DNA from: Macrostomum lignano
Taxonomy: Eukaryota
DNA length: 64,000 nucleotides
Direction: 5' to 3'
Assembly: GCA_002269645.1 (NCBI GenBank)
Contig: NIVC01003693.1
Location: 18,524 to 82,523, forward strand
Shown: positions 33,338-45,689 of the stretch, in pieces
How the letters are laid out: every line of letters starts with the position of its first letter
How positions within the stretch are numbered: position 1 is the stretch's first letter
Made by a program: the position numbers and the translations under genes
The notes under the pieces: generated by a model
Told to the model about the DNA's origin: nothing
The model's input: the letters and a program-made list of their open reading frames with translations, nothing else
The model's database searches: none

Positions 33338-34534
33338 TACAGTATGACTAAGCTCCACGCTGCCAAAGGAGCGACATTCTGTCTACAAATAAATTTACAG
33401 CATTTACAGCCTTCACGCGGGCCAGACTCACTTACCTCGGGCCACACACATCTATTACTGAAGCGTGCAAACCCGAAAACTTCAATCAGCTCATGCGCTG
33501 CCTTCGGGCCACCCGCAGGGCTGAACTCTCCTTTCCAGAGAGCACTATAGCTGCTGGCGACACTGGGGGACCTCCCTGGGCGGCGCCAACCCTCCGTCCA
33601 TAGCGACGCGTCGGCCGTTCAGGGACTAGCGGAATGGGCGCCCGCGTCTTCCCGCTGTGTCCCCTCCGGGACAGCCCTGCAGCTAAGTCAAAGTAAGTCA
33701 AGTCCGCTACCTAAGGGCTACCGGGCGAGCGACTATCCACCACCTCCGGAAGGGACCTGCGCTGCGGACGCCGGCACCAACGCACAACCAGCTGCCCGTG
33801 GTCGCCAGGGGTTAGCGGAATGGGCGTCGTCTAAGTGCGGCTCAAGGGCCAGTTGTCAAATTGCCAAGGCTCAAAGAGGAGAGGCGGATAAAATCGTAGG
33901 CTTTTTAGTTTTTTTAGTTTAAGATCTTTTTAATATCTGGCATTATGGATAAATAAATTAAAACAGCGGTTTAATCTCATTAAAAAAAGAACATCACAGA
34001 ATCAGGACAATTACAAGCGATGGTTGGACATCTTCTCTGTCTTGAATAAATATACAGCACATGTTAATGCAGCACTATTACATTATTATGATAGCAGTGG
34101 AAGACACGCGGGTTGTTAGCAAAAGTTAAAAAATTCCGAATTTAACATATTCAGTTTTGGTGCAACTCTGACGGTGCATAAAATTTAAGAAGTCACGCCT
34201 GGAATATTTTCACATGATCAAAAGCTGAGTCTCAAAAATCGGTCAATTCTACTGAAGAAATCTTTGTCGATAAAACAATAGCGGAATAACGTGGCTTGAA
34301 GTTTTCATCTATCAGATACAAAATTAGCAGCTACAGAATTAAAACAAAACAAATCAACAAAAGCAGTTCGTTAAAATTTGAAATTTAAACAAACGCAAAC
34401 TGGAGTAAACAAGTGGTCGGGCAAATAAACAAAGCAAACCGTTGCCATGTCACCCTACACGGGATAATGGCACTCGACACCTCGACACAGGATGGTCGAC
34501 ACAGGACTCTACACGCAGAATTTCACTCTACACT

Positions 34535-35545
34535 GTAGATCAATGTCACTCTACATCGGGGATCAATGTCACTCTACATCGGGGATCAATGTCACTCTAC
34601 ATCGGGGATCAATGTCACTCTACATGGGGGATCAATATCACTCTACACTGTAGATCAATGTCACTCTACACTGTAGATCAATGTCACTCTACATGGGGGA
34701 TCAATGTCACTCTACATGGGGGATCAATGTCACTCTACATGGGGGATCAATGTCACTCTACACTGTAGATCAATGTCACTCTACATGGGAGATCAATTTC
34801 ACTCTACATGGGGAATCAATGTCACTCTACACTGTAGATCAATGTCACTCTACATGGGGGATCAATGTCACTCTACACTGTAGATCAATGTCACTCTACA
34901 CTGTAGATCAATGTCACTCTACACCGGAGATCAATGTCACTCTACACTGTACATCAATGTCACTCTACATGGGAGATCAATGTCACTCTACACGGGAGAC
35001 CAATGTCACTCTACATGGGAGATCAATGTCACTCTACACGGGAGATCAATGTCACTCTACATGGGAGATCAATGCCACTCTACACGGGAGATCAATGTCA
35101 CTCTACACGGGAGATCAATGTCACTCTACGAGCTACATGGGAGATCAATGTCACTCTACACGGGAGATCAATGTCACTCTACACGGGAGATCAATGTCAC
35201 TCTACGAGCTACACGGGAGATCAATGTCACTCTACATGGGAGATCAATGTCACTCTACACTGTACATCAATGTCACTCTACATGGGAGATCAATGTCACT
35301 CTACACGGGAGATCAATGTCACTCTACATGGGAGATCAATGTCACTCTACACGGGAGATCAATGTCACTCTACATGGGAGATCAATGCCACTCTACACGG
35401 GAGATCAATGTCACTCTACACGGGAGATCAATGTCACTCTACGAGCTACATGGGAGATCAATGTCACTCTACACGGGAGATCAATGTCACTCTACACGGG
35501 AGATCAATGTCACTCTACGAGCTACACGGGAGATCAATGTCCCTC
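34535..35545. repeat. 23-bp minisatellite (GATCAATGTCACTCTACAYGGGR)n
   Basis: Direct reading; period 23. Confidence 0.97.
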
Positions 35546-35713
35546 TAAGCAGCAGAATCCACGCTACCCAATGGCAAATTTTATTCTTTCATGCAACTCA
35601 ACAAGGCAAGGTGTCACTCTAAACGGCATATCATTTGAATGTCACACTTGATGTAAAATGTCACTCTGTACATGGCAATATGTCACTCTAAACAAAGAGC
35701 CTCTCTCCCAGCC

Positions 35714-36138
35714 TCAATCATCTTCATCGGCGGCCGCGGCCTCCCTGTCAGCGGGGCCGGCGGGCTGCCGCATGCGCCGGATATTCAAGGAGTTCTCCTC
35801 GTTGCAGGCGTAGCAGATGAAGATGCCGTACTGGCGGCAGCGGCTGCAGATGAAATTGTCGTGCAGGCATTTCTCGCAATCCACCACAATGTCCTTGACC
35901 CGGCCGCAGCCCTTGCAGTTGGGGTCGTGGCCGAACCACTCGGACTCGCCGAGGACCTCGTTGGCGGTGTCACCCGGTGGTACACGCACAGAGCGCTGAG
36001 GATTCGCTCCCTGATCGGCCGGCTGAGCTCGCGAAACGCTTTCTGAGTCTCCAGAGTGCGGAGGCATTTCTCGAATAACAGGCTCATCTCGGCCAGCATG
36101 GAGTACTCCAGCTCATCCAGCTTGTAGTCCAGCACCTC
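35714..36138 (-). CDS. BTB-domain protein, exon 2 (Cys-rich 4xCxxC tail)
   Basis: Acceptor CCGCAG|GAG, phase 0 with exon 1. One -1 shift in a G run near 35974 gives CKGC..CEKC..CSRC..CYAC. Confidence 0.75.
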
Positions 36139-36199
36139 CTGCGGCGGTTTGGGGCAGGTGGGAGCTCAGCTTATTTACTTTGTTCAACTGTGAGTGGCT

Positions 36200-36625
36200 T
36201 ACTGAGGAACGGGGGAGGGGGCGGAAAGTGGCCGGTTGAAGAACTGGGAGTGGGGCGGAAAGTGGCCGGTTGAAGAACTGGGAGTGGGGCGGAAAGTGGC
36301 CGGTTGAAGAACTGGGAGTGGGGCGGAAAGTGGCCGGTTGAAGAACCGGGGATAGGGGCGGAAAGTGGCCGGCTGAAGAACCGGGGATAGGGGCGGAAAG
36401 TGGCCGGCTGAAGAACTGGGGGAGGGGGCGGAAAGTGGCCGGTTGATGAACCGGGAATGGGGCGGAGTGGCCGGTTGAAGAACCGGGAATGGGGCGGAGT
36501 GGCCGGTTGAAGAACCGGGAGTGGGGCGGAAAGTGGCCGGTTGATGAACCGGGGATAGGAGCGGAAAGTGGCCGGTTGAAGAACCGGAAGTCGGGCAGAG
36601 TGTCTGGCTGAAGAACCGGGGGAGA
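36200..36625. repeat. 31-34 bp intronic minisatellite (GGGGCGGAAAGTGGCCGGTTGAAGAAC...)
   Basis: Direct reading; lies in the BTB-gene intron. Confidence 0.95.
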
Positions 36626-36653
36626 CGGAGTGGCAAAATAAAGTAGAGCTCAC

Positions 36654-37095
36654 CTGAAAGTACACCACAACATTAGCTTTGGTAATATTGTTGCGAAGGA
36701 GCTGCACCGCGGGCTCCCACAGCACCTGCACCTGGTACTCCTTGATCAGCGCGAGGACAGGCACAGCCAGCTCAGGGCTGATGTAGTTGCTAATAGGCCG
36801 GCAAAAGTGCAAATTGTGCAGGCAGTTCAGCAGAGCCCGCATCGGCGCCTGATCCTTGCCCGGCAGTTTCACCACGGCCTGGTCGCTTTCAATGAACCGG
36901 TTGGAGAACATGGCCTCCAGCACGGGCGAGTGCAGCGACAGCACCCAGGTGTTGCTGTACAGGGTGGAGTCGTCATCGAGTGCGAAGGCCACATTTCTGC
37001 AAGGGATTGCGTGCGTGGCAGGGTCTGTTGAGTCCGGAGGGGTGGAGGGGGCGTCGGGCTGCCCGTTGGATTCTGCGGTTGCTTTGGCCAGCTGC

Positions 37096-37127
<32 letters not shown>

Positions 37128-37343
37128 CTGCTTGGCTTTCTTCGAGTCTTTGCTCAGCTTGATGGGCAGCGAGGGTGTCTTCAGCCAGGCTGACGGAGAG
37201 AACAGCATCGGGTCCGGCCGGGGCTGCAGTTGGCGGGAGAGACAGCTCGGGCGATTTGCGATGGAATCTCGAAGCCGATTATTTACATTCATGGTGCGGC
37301 TTTGAGAGCGAACATTCTGAACGCTACTATAAGTAGCAGTCAT
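36654..37343 (-). CDS. BTB/POZ-domain protein, exon 1
   Basis: NVAFALDDDSTLYSNTWVLSLHSPVLEAMFSNRFIES..VKLPGKD..LLNCLH is a BTB fold; polyQ in the N-terminus; donor CAG|GTGAG at 36654. Confidence 0.85.
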
Positions 37344-37407
37344 TCGCTATTAGGGTTATCAGGCATTTCGGGTTGGTGCTATGGTTAGGGTTTGGGTTAG
37401 TGTTAGA

Positions 37408-37575
37408 GTCAGTGGTTGTAGCCCTGTGGTCAGAGCGTCGGACTCACGACTTGAAGGTCGGGGGTTCGATTCCCGATCTCACTGAAACAATTTGTGTAGC
37501 AATAGCTGCGGCTGAGCTGTCGGTTGCACATCTGGTCCAATTTTGGATAGGTGTAATCAATTATTATTATAATTA
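37408..37575 (+). mobile_element. tRNA-derived SINE, internally deleted copy
   Basis: A-box-like TAGCCCTGTGG, B-box GGTTCGATTCCC, tail shared with 51240-51560, ending in (TTA)n. Confidence 0.8.
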
Positions 37576-38346
37576 CTAGAGTCTAACACGGTTATAAAAG
37601 AAGATGAGGGACTGAGTGTTAATCCTATGCCTGACAAAATTCCAGTTCTGAAGGCGACTCTCTATTATTCAAAACTGGACCTGGTCGCATGCAAAAGAAG
37701 GAAATGAAGACTGAATTCACTGGCCAAGAGCAGGCACTTGATACACCCGCTGCTAACTTTACTGCACTCGTATGCTATATTTCACAAATCACACTGTATC
37801 CGCGTGCACAAGACAGCACAATAAACTGAACGTGAATGAGCTTAGGGTTACAAGCTTGGATAAACAAATTTAGCTGCCATTTCGAATAAAAGCCTCAATC
37901 AGTTTCGCAATATTATTAAAGTGCACAACACCGATTTGAAAACTGTGCTATTAAATAAATCAACTACATGATAATTCACAATGACCACTATTTTAAACCG
38001 TAAGGCTATACAGTTACAAGTCATTCTTAAAATTATCGCCGCGTCAGGAGAAGTCCTTGAGATTATTCGGGGAATTTGAACACACACGCCAGCAGAAAAA
38101 GTACCTGGAGCACTTCTAATGAGTAGGTAAATAGAACAGGGGAATGTTGAACATGACAGGCAGTTTCAATACTCTCGATATGGAGGCGACATTCGGATTG
38201 GAAAACACTAAGGCAGGCACGTTAGCGGACACAAATTTGATTACTTTTAACGCTATCAAATTTCTTTACTAACTTGCTTTATGCACTACTGGTAGATGAA
38301 AACATAAGTAGTATAATTAGGACATGCAAGAAATAAAATAAGTCGC

Positions 38347-38551
38347 TTATTTCAAAGCAGTTGCGGCAGCTTCAACGGTGGCTGGCGTGGGCTGCAGCAT
38401 GAAGTCCACCACGAACTCGCGGACAAAGGTCTGCACAGCCGTGTCCAGCGCGAGGCGGCCGCCCGTGTGCCGCATGAGCTGCTCAATGTGGCCCGGGGAC
38501 ATGAGCTGCTGCACCAGCTGGGGGGCCAGTAGCGCCTGGTCCCGCCGAGGT
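38347..38551 (-). CDS. SETD2: SETD2/Set2, exon 3 (end of a divergent SRI domain)
   Basis: Acceptor GCCCAG|A, phase 2 matches exon 2; ends TAVQTFVREFVVDFM..ALK*. Confidence 0.8.
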
Positions 38552-38689
38552 CTGGGCAGGGTAGAGAGGAGGATTAGTGAGAATGAATCAGTTTAAATCT
38601 GACTATCATTTGAGGGAAACTTGTTTTTTCTAAGAATTTAGAATCAGTTCCAAGGATGGGAGACTCTAAATTTGAGGGTTCATAGGGGG

Positions 38690-39170
38690 GGGGGAATTGC
38701 TGAGATGCCAAGGCTCATGGGGGCGAATTGCTGAGATGCCAAGGCTCATGGGGGGAATTGCTGAGATGCCAAGGCTCATGGGAGGAATTGCTAAGATGCC
38801 AAGGCTCATGGGGGGGGAGTTGCTGAGATGCCAAGGCTCATGGGGGGGAGTTGCTGAGATGCCAAGGCTCATGGGGGGGGAATTGCTAAGATGCTGTGGC
38901 TCATGGGGGAGTTGCTGAGATGCCAAGGCTCATGGGGGGAATTGCTGAGACGTCAAGGCTCATGGTGTGGGGAATTGCTGAGATGCTGTGGCTCATGGGG
39001 GGAATTGCTGAGATGCTGTGGCTCATGGGGGGATTGCTGAGATGCTGTGGCTCATGGGGGGATTGCTGAGATGCTGTGGCTCATGGGGGGGGTGGTTGTT
39101 AAGTTGCTGTGGCTCATGGGGGGATTGCTGAGATGCTGTGGCTCATGGGGGGAATTGCTGAGACGTCAAG
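38690..39170. repeat. 30-31 bp intronic minisatellite (GCTGAGATGCCAAGGCTCATGGGGGGAATT)n
   Basis: Direct reading; SETD2 intron 2. Confidence 0.95.
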
Positions 39171-39193
39171 GGGGATCGTGACTATCTGACTAC

Positions 39194-40218
39194 CTGACCA
39201 TCTCGTCCACGCAGCCGGAGGCGTACACTCCGTCCACGCATTCAACAATCAGCTGGTGCAGCTGTTCAACAAATTTCACTCGCTCCTCCTCGCTCGGCGA
39301 CTGCAGCGGCGGCGGCTGCGCGGGAGGCTGCACAGCGGCCGGAACGAGCTCCATCTTGTCGGTGATGATGCTGACATCATCCAGATTCTTGATGTACTCC
39401 AGCAGACCCAGCAGCCGGCGATCCTCCGCTACGGAGAGCAGCTCGGCGTCGGTCAGGGCGCACTGCGGGTCGCCGTGGCTCAGCAGGTAGTTGAGGAACT
39501 TGGACAGCAGGCCGATCACCTTCTCCATCGCCTGATCGTCCTTCAACAGGTCGGCAGGCGACGGCTTCGCAAAGGCCGAGGCGGCGGCGGCTGCGGCAGC
39601 TTCGGCTTCGGCGGCCGCCTTCCGCTGCTCGTCGTCGAAGGCCACGTAAGCTTCGAACAGGCGGCGGAATTCCGCCTTGGGCAGCCGCCGAGTTGAAGGC
39701 CGGGCCGGCGGCGGCGGCGGCAGCTCCGGCATCAGCGACTGCACCTTCGGTGGCGCCGACGAAGAAGCCGGCGATGTCGGTAGCGGCGGCGTCTCCGGCT
39801 GGTCGTCAGGGTCCGGGGGCGTCTGGCGCAGCTCCGGGCGCTTCTTGGGAATCCGCAGGCCGCCGAACGGCTGGCCGGGCAGCTGGCGCCACCGGTCCAG
39901 CAGACTGCGGGCGGCGGCGCAGTCGGCCAGGCGTTCCAGCAGCGGCATGGCCTGAGCCACATGCTGGGTGTAGGCCACGGGCAGCTGGGCCAACGCCAGC
40001 ACCAGCGTCTGCGCGCTACCAGTCGCTTGGACATTTGACGAGCCATCGTCAGCCGGGACGGAGGCGCCGGAGGCGGCGTCGTCAGCGACCAGCTCGCGCA
40101 GGTATGAGGACAGCACGTCGACGGCGTGACAGCGGCGAAGCGCCTGCAGGCTGGCCGAGCAGTCCGTGTTGCCAACAAGGCGGACCAGCCGCATTCGGGT
40201 GTCCCAGTCCAGGCTCTC
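39194..40218 (-). CDS. SETD2: SETD2/Set2, exon 2
   Basis: Acceptor TACAG|GAG and donor AG|GTAGT; length 1025 (phase 2). LVQ|ESLDWDTRMRLVRLVGNT parallels the SETD2 post-SET helical region; FVEQLHQLIVEC resembles the SRI start. Confidence 0.85.
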
Positions 40219-40489
40219 CTGTATAGCGGCAACATTGTGTACTTTTATTGGCTATATTTGCTACATCACGCCCATTCCGCTGACCCCTGAGCACTCACTC
40301 AAAGTGCACAGTGACACTGACTTCCCCATTTTCTAGGGTGAGAACCAGGCTTCAGGCCAATTTTCGTGCACTCGAGCCCCAAATAAGTGTGGCGGCGGCA
40401 TACAGACTTTGGCGTGAGAGTCGGGCGTTTTAAACGCAGAGCTGCACTAAGCGCACAATAAGCTGCACTAAACGCTTCAAAGGCTACAG

Positions 40490-42062
40490 TAACGGCCTCA
40501 TAAGCTACACTAAGCGCCTCACAATAAGCTACACTAAGCGCCTCATAATAAGGTACACTAAGCGCCTCACAATAAGGTACACTAAGCGCCTCATAAGCTA
40601 CACTAAGCGCCTCATAAGCTACACTAAGCGCCTCATAAGCTACACTAAGCGCCTCATAAGCTACACTAAGCGCCTCATAAGCTACACTAAGCGCCTCACA
40701 ATAAGCTACACTAAGCTCCTCACAATAAGCTACATTAAGCGCCTCACAATAAGCTACACTAAGCGCCTCATAAGCTACACTAAGCGCTCATAAGCTACAC
40801 TAAGCGCCTCACAATAAGCTACACTAATCGCCTCGCAGTAAGCTACACTAATCGCCTCACAATAAGCTATACTAAGCGTCTCACAATAAGCTACACTAAG
40901 CTCCTCACAATAAGCTACATTAAGCGCCTCACAATAAGCTACACTAAGCGCCTCATAAGCTACACTAAGCGCTCATAAGCTACACTAAGCGCCTCACAAT
41001 AAGCTACACTAATCGCCTCGCAGTAAGCTACACTAATCGCCTCACAATAAGCTATACTAAGCGTCTCACAATAAGCTACACTAAGCGCCTCATAAGCTAC
41101 ACTAAGCGCCTCATAAGCTACACTAAGCGCCTCACAATAAGCTACACTAATCGCCTCGCAGTAAGCTACATTAAGCGCCTCACAATTAGCTACACTAATC
41201 GCCTCACAATAAGCTATACTAAGCGTCTCACAATAAGCTACACTAAGCTCCTCACAATAAGCTATACTAAGCGCCTCACAATAAGCTACATTAAGCGCCT
41301 CACAATAAGCTACACTAAGCGCCTCATAAGCTACACTAAGCGCCTCATAAGCTACACTAAGCGCCTCATAAGCTACAGTAAGCGCTCAAAAGCTACACTA
41401 AGAGCCTCATAAGCTACACTAAGAGCCTCATAAGCTACACTAAGAGCCTCATAAGCTACACTAAGCGCTCATAAGCTACACTAAGAGCCTCATAAGCTAC
41501 ACTAAGAGCCTCATAAGCTACACTAAGAGCTTCATAAGCTACACTAAGCGCTCATAAGCTACACTAAGAGCCTCATAAGCTACACTAAGAGCCTCATAAG
41601 CTACACTAAGCGCCTCATAAGCTACACTAAGAGCCTCATAAGCTACACTAAGCGCTCATAAGCTACACTAAGAGCCTCATAAGCTACACTAAGAGCCTCA
41701 TAAGCTACACTAAGAGCTTCATAAGCTATACTAAGCGCTCATAAGCTACACTAAGAGCCTCATAAGCTACACTAAGAGCCTCATAAGCTACACTAAGAGC
41801 CTCATAAGCTACACTAAGAGCCTCATAAGCTACACTAAGCGCCTCATAAGCTACACTAAGAGCCTCATAAGCTACACTAAGCGCTCATAAGCTACACTAA
41901 GAGCTTCATAAGCTATACTAAGCGCTCATAAGCTACACTAAGAGCCTCATAAGCTACACTAAGAGCCTCATAAGCTACACTAAGAGCCTCATAAGCTACA
42001 CTAAGCGCCTCATAAGCTACACTAAGCGCTCATAAGCTACACTAAGAGCCTCATAAGCTACA
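40490..42062. repeat. 20-24 bp intronic minisatellite (TAAGCTACACTAAGCGCCTCA)n, about 1.6 kb
   Basis: Direct reading; fills most of SETD2 intron 1. Confidence 0.97.
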
Positions 42063-42076
42063 CTCGTTCCTCTCAC

Positions 42077-44878
42077 CTGAACAAGCAGCCGCACCAGACA
42101 CCGAGCGTCATCAGGCGAACCCAGCCGGTCCAGCCGGAGCAGCCGGGCCACCTGGCGGTCGCGGGCGGAGGAGTCCCTCGCCTGCACGCGGTCCTGCAGC
42201 TGCTGACTGCGGCTGCCCATCACGCCTGTGCAGTTCGGACTGTTGCAGTAGCACTTCTGCAGCTCTCGGCCGTACTGCACGAAGCCGTAGTCAACGGTGA
42301 CCTCCTCGCCTGCGGGAATGTCGCGCAGTGCGAAGAAGCCAACCCGCTGCTGCCGGCCAACTGTCCACTTCTGGATGTCGGAGTTCGGCAAGCAGCTGTG
42401 ATTGGCGAATCGGGCCCAGTTGCCCTTGGCGCCGGCGTCAACGATAACGTCTGACTCCAGCGACATGAAGTAGTGATGCGGGCAGCCGCTCTTCTCGTAG
42501 GCTATGATGCGCCGCTTGAACTGGGCGAAGTCGATCACCTCGCCGACGTATTCGATGAGAAAGGCGCCGGCCGGGACGTCGGCGGTGGTTTTGAGGCCCC
42601 AGCCTTTGGCCGGGCCGGCGTAGAACGGAGTGAGCGGAGCGTAGCGCCTGTTGGCGAACTGATTGTTGGTGCAGTAGGCGCCGCAGTTGCACCGGTCCGT
42701 GCATTCGATCTGCAGCAGCCGGTTCATGCACTCGTCTGTGCAGGCTTTGTAGTCTTTGTTCAGCTGCCCTTCCTCGCTGGGCAGCGTGCAGTCGCACAGC
42801 CAGGCACGGAAGGCCAGTTTGGGCTGGCTGCGCAGGTACACGTTGGAGTCAATGTGCTCGTACTTTGGCGGCGGCGGCCCGCCCGGCTCGCAGCCGGGGA
42901 AGCTGGGAGCAACATCGTTCGAGACATCCGCTTTGGCAGTGGACGGCTGCGGCTCCTCCGGCTTCGGCGGACTGGATTTGCCGCTATTTCTAACCGTCTC
43001 CGGCTTCTTGGACTCCTGACTGTCGACTGCAGGAGGCCCTGGAGTAGCGTCGGATGTCTGATCAGCCTCGGTGGACACTGGTTGAAACTTCTCTAGAAAG
43101 TAGGCGAAAGTCGAGTGCGGCTTCAGGGCGCGGCCTAACGACGGCGCGACCTTCCCGTTGGTGGTGGCTTCCTGCTGAAGGTCGCCGCCGGGGCCAGCGC
43201 CGCATCCAGCTGACGAATTGCCGAACTGTTTGGCGAAGAATTCGCGATATCGCGACAACTGGCCGTTAATCTGCGGCGGCGCCTCGTCGGCGGTGGCGGC
43301 CGCTGCAGGCTTCGGCTTCTCGGCGTCTTCAGGCGGCGGAGGCGGCGGTGGCGGTGGAGGAGGGGGCGGCGGTACTGAAGTCTCATCGACTTGTCCATTA
43401 GCTGTAAATGCAGGGTCCAGCGGAGATGCGTACTGAGTAGGATCTTCTTGCACAGCCTGCGGTTGCGCGTACATGTAAGCTGCGGCGCTATAGCCGGGGA
43501 AGTAATTGGGATCCACTGCCGTCTGGTAGCCGTTCTGATAAACTGCAGGGTTTGCGGAATAAGCCGCCTGCTGCTGATAAGCCTGCATAGGGTCGTAGGC
43601 GTACTGCTGACCATGGTAGTAGCCAAGGGGTGGCTGCTGCATATAATAGCTGTTGGCGGCCGGGTACAAGCCGACGTGCGAGGGAAATGCAACCGTCAAG
43701 CCATCGCTGACAGGCGGAGGCGGCGGACGCGAAGTCACTATTGGCTTCACATCTGCTGACGATGAAGAGGAACCGCCGTCAGAAGACGAGGAACCTGTTG
43801 AGGACAAAGACGATGAGCGGTCTCGCGACTTTCTGGCAGCTGATCTGGGCGGCGATCTGGCATGACGATTGCGCCAATTGTTGCCGGACGATTCAGATTT
43901 CTGTCTCAGTCGAGAATACCTTGGCCTGGATCGCGACCTTGACCTTGAAGGCGATTGGGGTCGAGAGCGCCGTCTTGACCTTGACCTTCTTCTGGACATC
44001 GACCGCCGCCTTGCTTGATGCCGTCGTCGGGATGTTGACTTGGATCGGCGCCTCTGCACCGGCGGCCGGAATCTGGGCCCCGAACGCGACCTTGACCTCA
44101 ATCGCTGGTGTGATTTCGACAATGACCTTGACCTTCTTAATCGACGCGAAGATTCAGACTTTGACCTTGACCTATACTGGCGCTTAGATTTGGACCTTGA
44201 CCTCTCTCTTTGTCTATGCTTTGACTTAGATTCTGGCCGCGCTTGTTGTCTTGACTTCGACCCGTACCCCGACTTTAACCGACTTGGAGAATCTGCCGGT
44301 TTGGCCATCGGCTTTGAAAAAGATCTTCGCTTGGAGGGCGACCTTGACCTAGATTTTGACTCAAGGGGTCGCGATTGCCGCTCGATTTTTGATGCCTTCG
44401 ACGGATGCCTGTGCAGACTTTTTTGCGACTTCTCGATGCTTTTTTTATCCTCCTTATCTACCGTCTCTCGAGTTGCTGATGATTTTTTGTGACGATTTTT
44501 CTTTTTTGTCCTTTTATCTTTGTTAGAATCGACGCGGGGCTTAGAGCTGCCCCGCTCCGACGCTGTTGGCCTGTTGGCCTCATTGTCTGCTATTGCCTCT
44601 TTAGTGGCCCGGTGCCGCTTGCTGTGCGAGTCGATCTGGTGACGCAGGTCGCCTTTGTCCAGCTTTGATACGCTTTTGCGCTTCCGTTCGAGTTCAGACT
44701 TTGACAAACAGCTTTGCTTTGACTTTGAATCTGTCAGCTCGTCCACAACTTTGGGGGGACTTTGCGACAAAGACTGTTTTATGTCGAGGCTTTCGCAGCT
44801 CTTAGTTTTTGCTTTAGCAGGAAACTCCTGTGTCTCTGCTTCTGCTAAATTGTTGTTATCAGTTGCTGTGGTACTCAT
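42077..44878 (-). CDS. SETD2: SETD2/Set2 histone H3K36 methyltransferase, exon 1 (RS-rich, AWS, SET, post-SET)
   Basis: AWS CDC..CTDECMNRLLQIEC; SET GWGL, EYVGEV, HHYFMSL, GNWARFANHSC, QKWTV..RVGFF, EEVTVDY; post-SET CYCNSPNC; donor CAG|GTGAG at 42077. Confidence 0.95.
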
Positions 44879-45689
44879 TGTGCAGCGATGGAGTCATTGC
44901 AGAACAAAGGTTGGCAGGAAAACTGAACCCTTTGCTATCGCCTGGGTTAGAAAACCACCTTTGCTTTAGCGCGCCACTACACTGCTGCTTGGCCAAAGTG
45001 CTGCTCTCTGAAAAGTTTAATTACCTACTTACTTGTTATCAAGAATACTAGTTAATAGAAAAAAATAGTGCATTATATATAATGTGGAACAGAATATCAA
45101 TCAAGGCGATAATAGAGTACTATTTCTTTATTTTGCTAACTCAATGTCAATTGGCCTAATGCAAATAGGCTAAGCCTAAATTGACTACCATTTCTATTCT
45201 TGTCCAATCCATTTACTAAATTCCAAACTAAAGTTAAAAACTTTTTCTCAAGAACCAATTCCTTCTTCAGTTTAAAAAATCGCTTTATTAAAGTAAAATT
45301 GTCACAGACAAATATGTTTGCTATGAATCTTTTTTCAAAAAGATTTTGAAAAAAATAAAAAAAAATACAAAAACACTGCGCATTACTAGTAGTAGAAATG
45401 AGAGAATTGTGTGAAGAAATCTGAAGTCAGTAAAAATCCTAGCAACGCTTAGCAACGGTGCGCTGCTCTGAGCCAATGAGAGCCCGCGAAGCGAACGCTA
45501 GAGAGCCGCTATGGTTGACGGACACGTGACCCTATTAAACCCTTCGAAAGCGAAAGCGCGAACACAACGATGCGGTCCAGTTTTTCGGCTGGCCGCAAAT
45601 AAATACGAAACACCATAGAGCTCTCAGAACCCCATACTTCACAGTAATTAGCTCTCTATTAGAACGTAAGGAATTTCATTGTAAGAATT

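Larger units (their letters stand above)
28260..33900 (+). mobile_element. Near full-length non-LTR retrotransposon of the LOA/R1 (I group) type with RNase H
   Basis: ORF1 at 28429-29949, ORF2 at 29973-33337, followed by a GC-rich 3' UTR. Boundaries are approximate; no TSD identified. Confidence 0.9.

Noticed and set aside
37380-37410. Telomere-like TTAGGG variants (also TTAGGAG in the Harbinger array)
   Set aside because: Too short and degenerate to indicate an interstitial telomere.
37408-37480. Possible tRNA gene
   Set aside because: It has A/B boxes but no convincing acceptor stem, and it continues into a tail shared with 51235-51560, so it is a SINE head.
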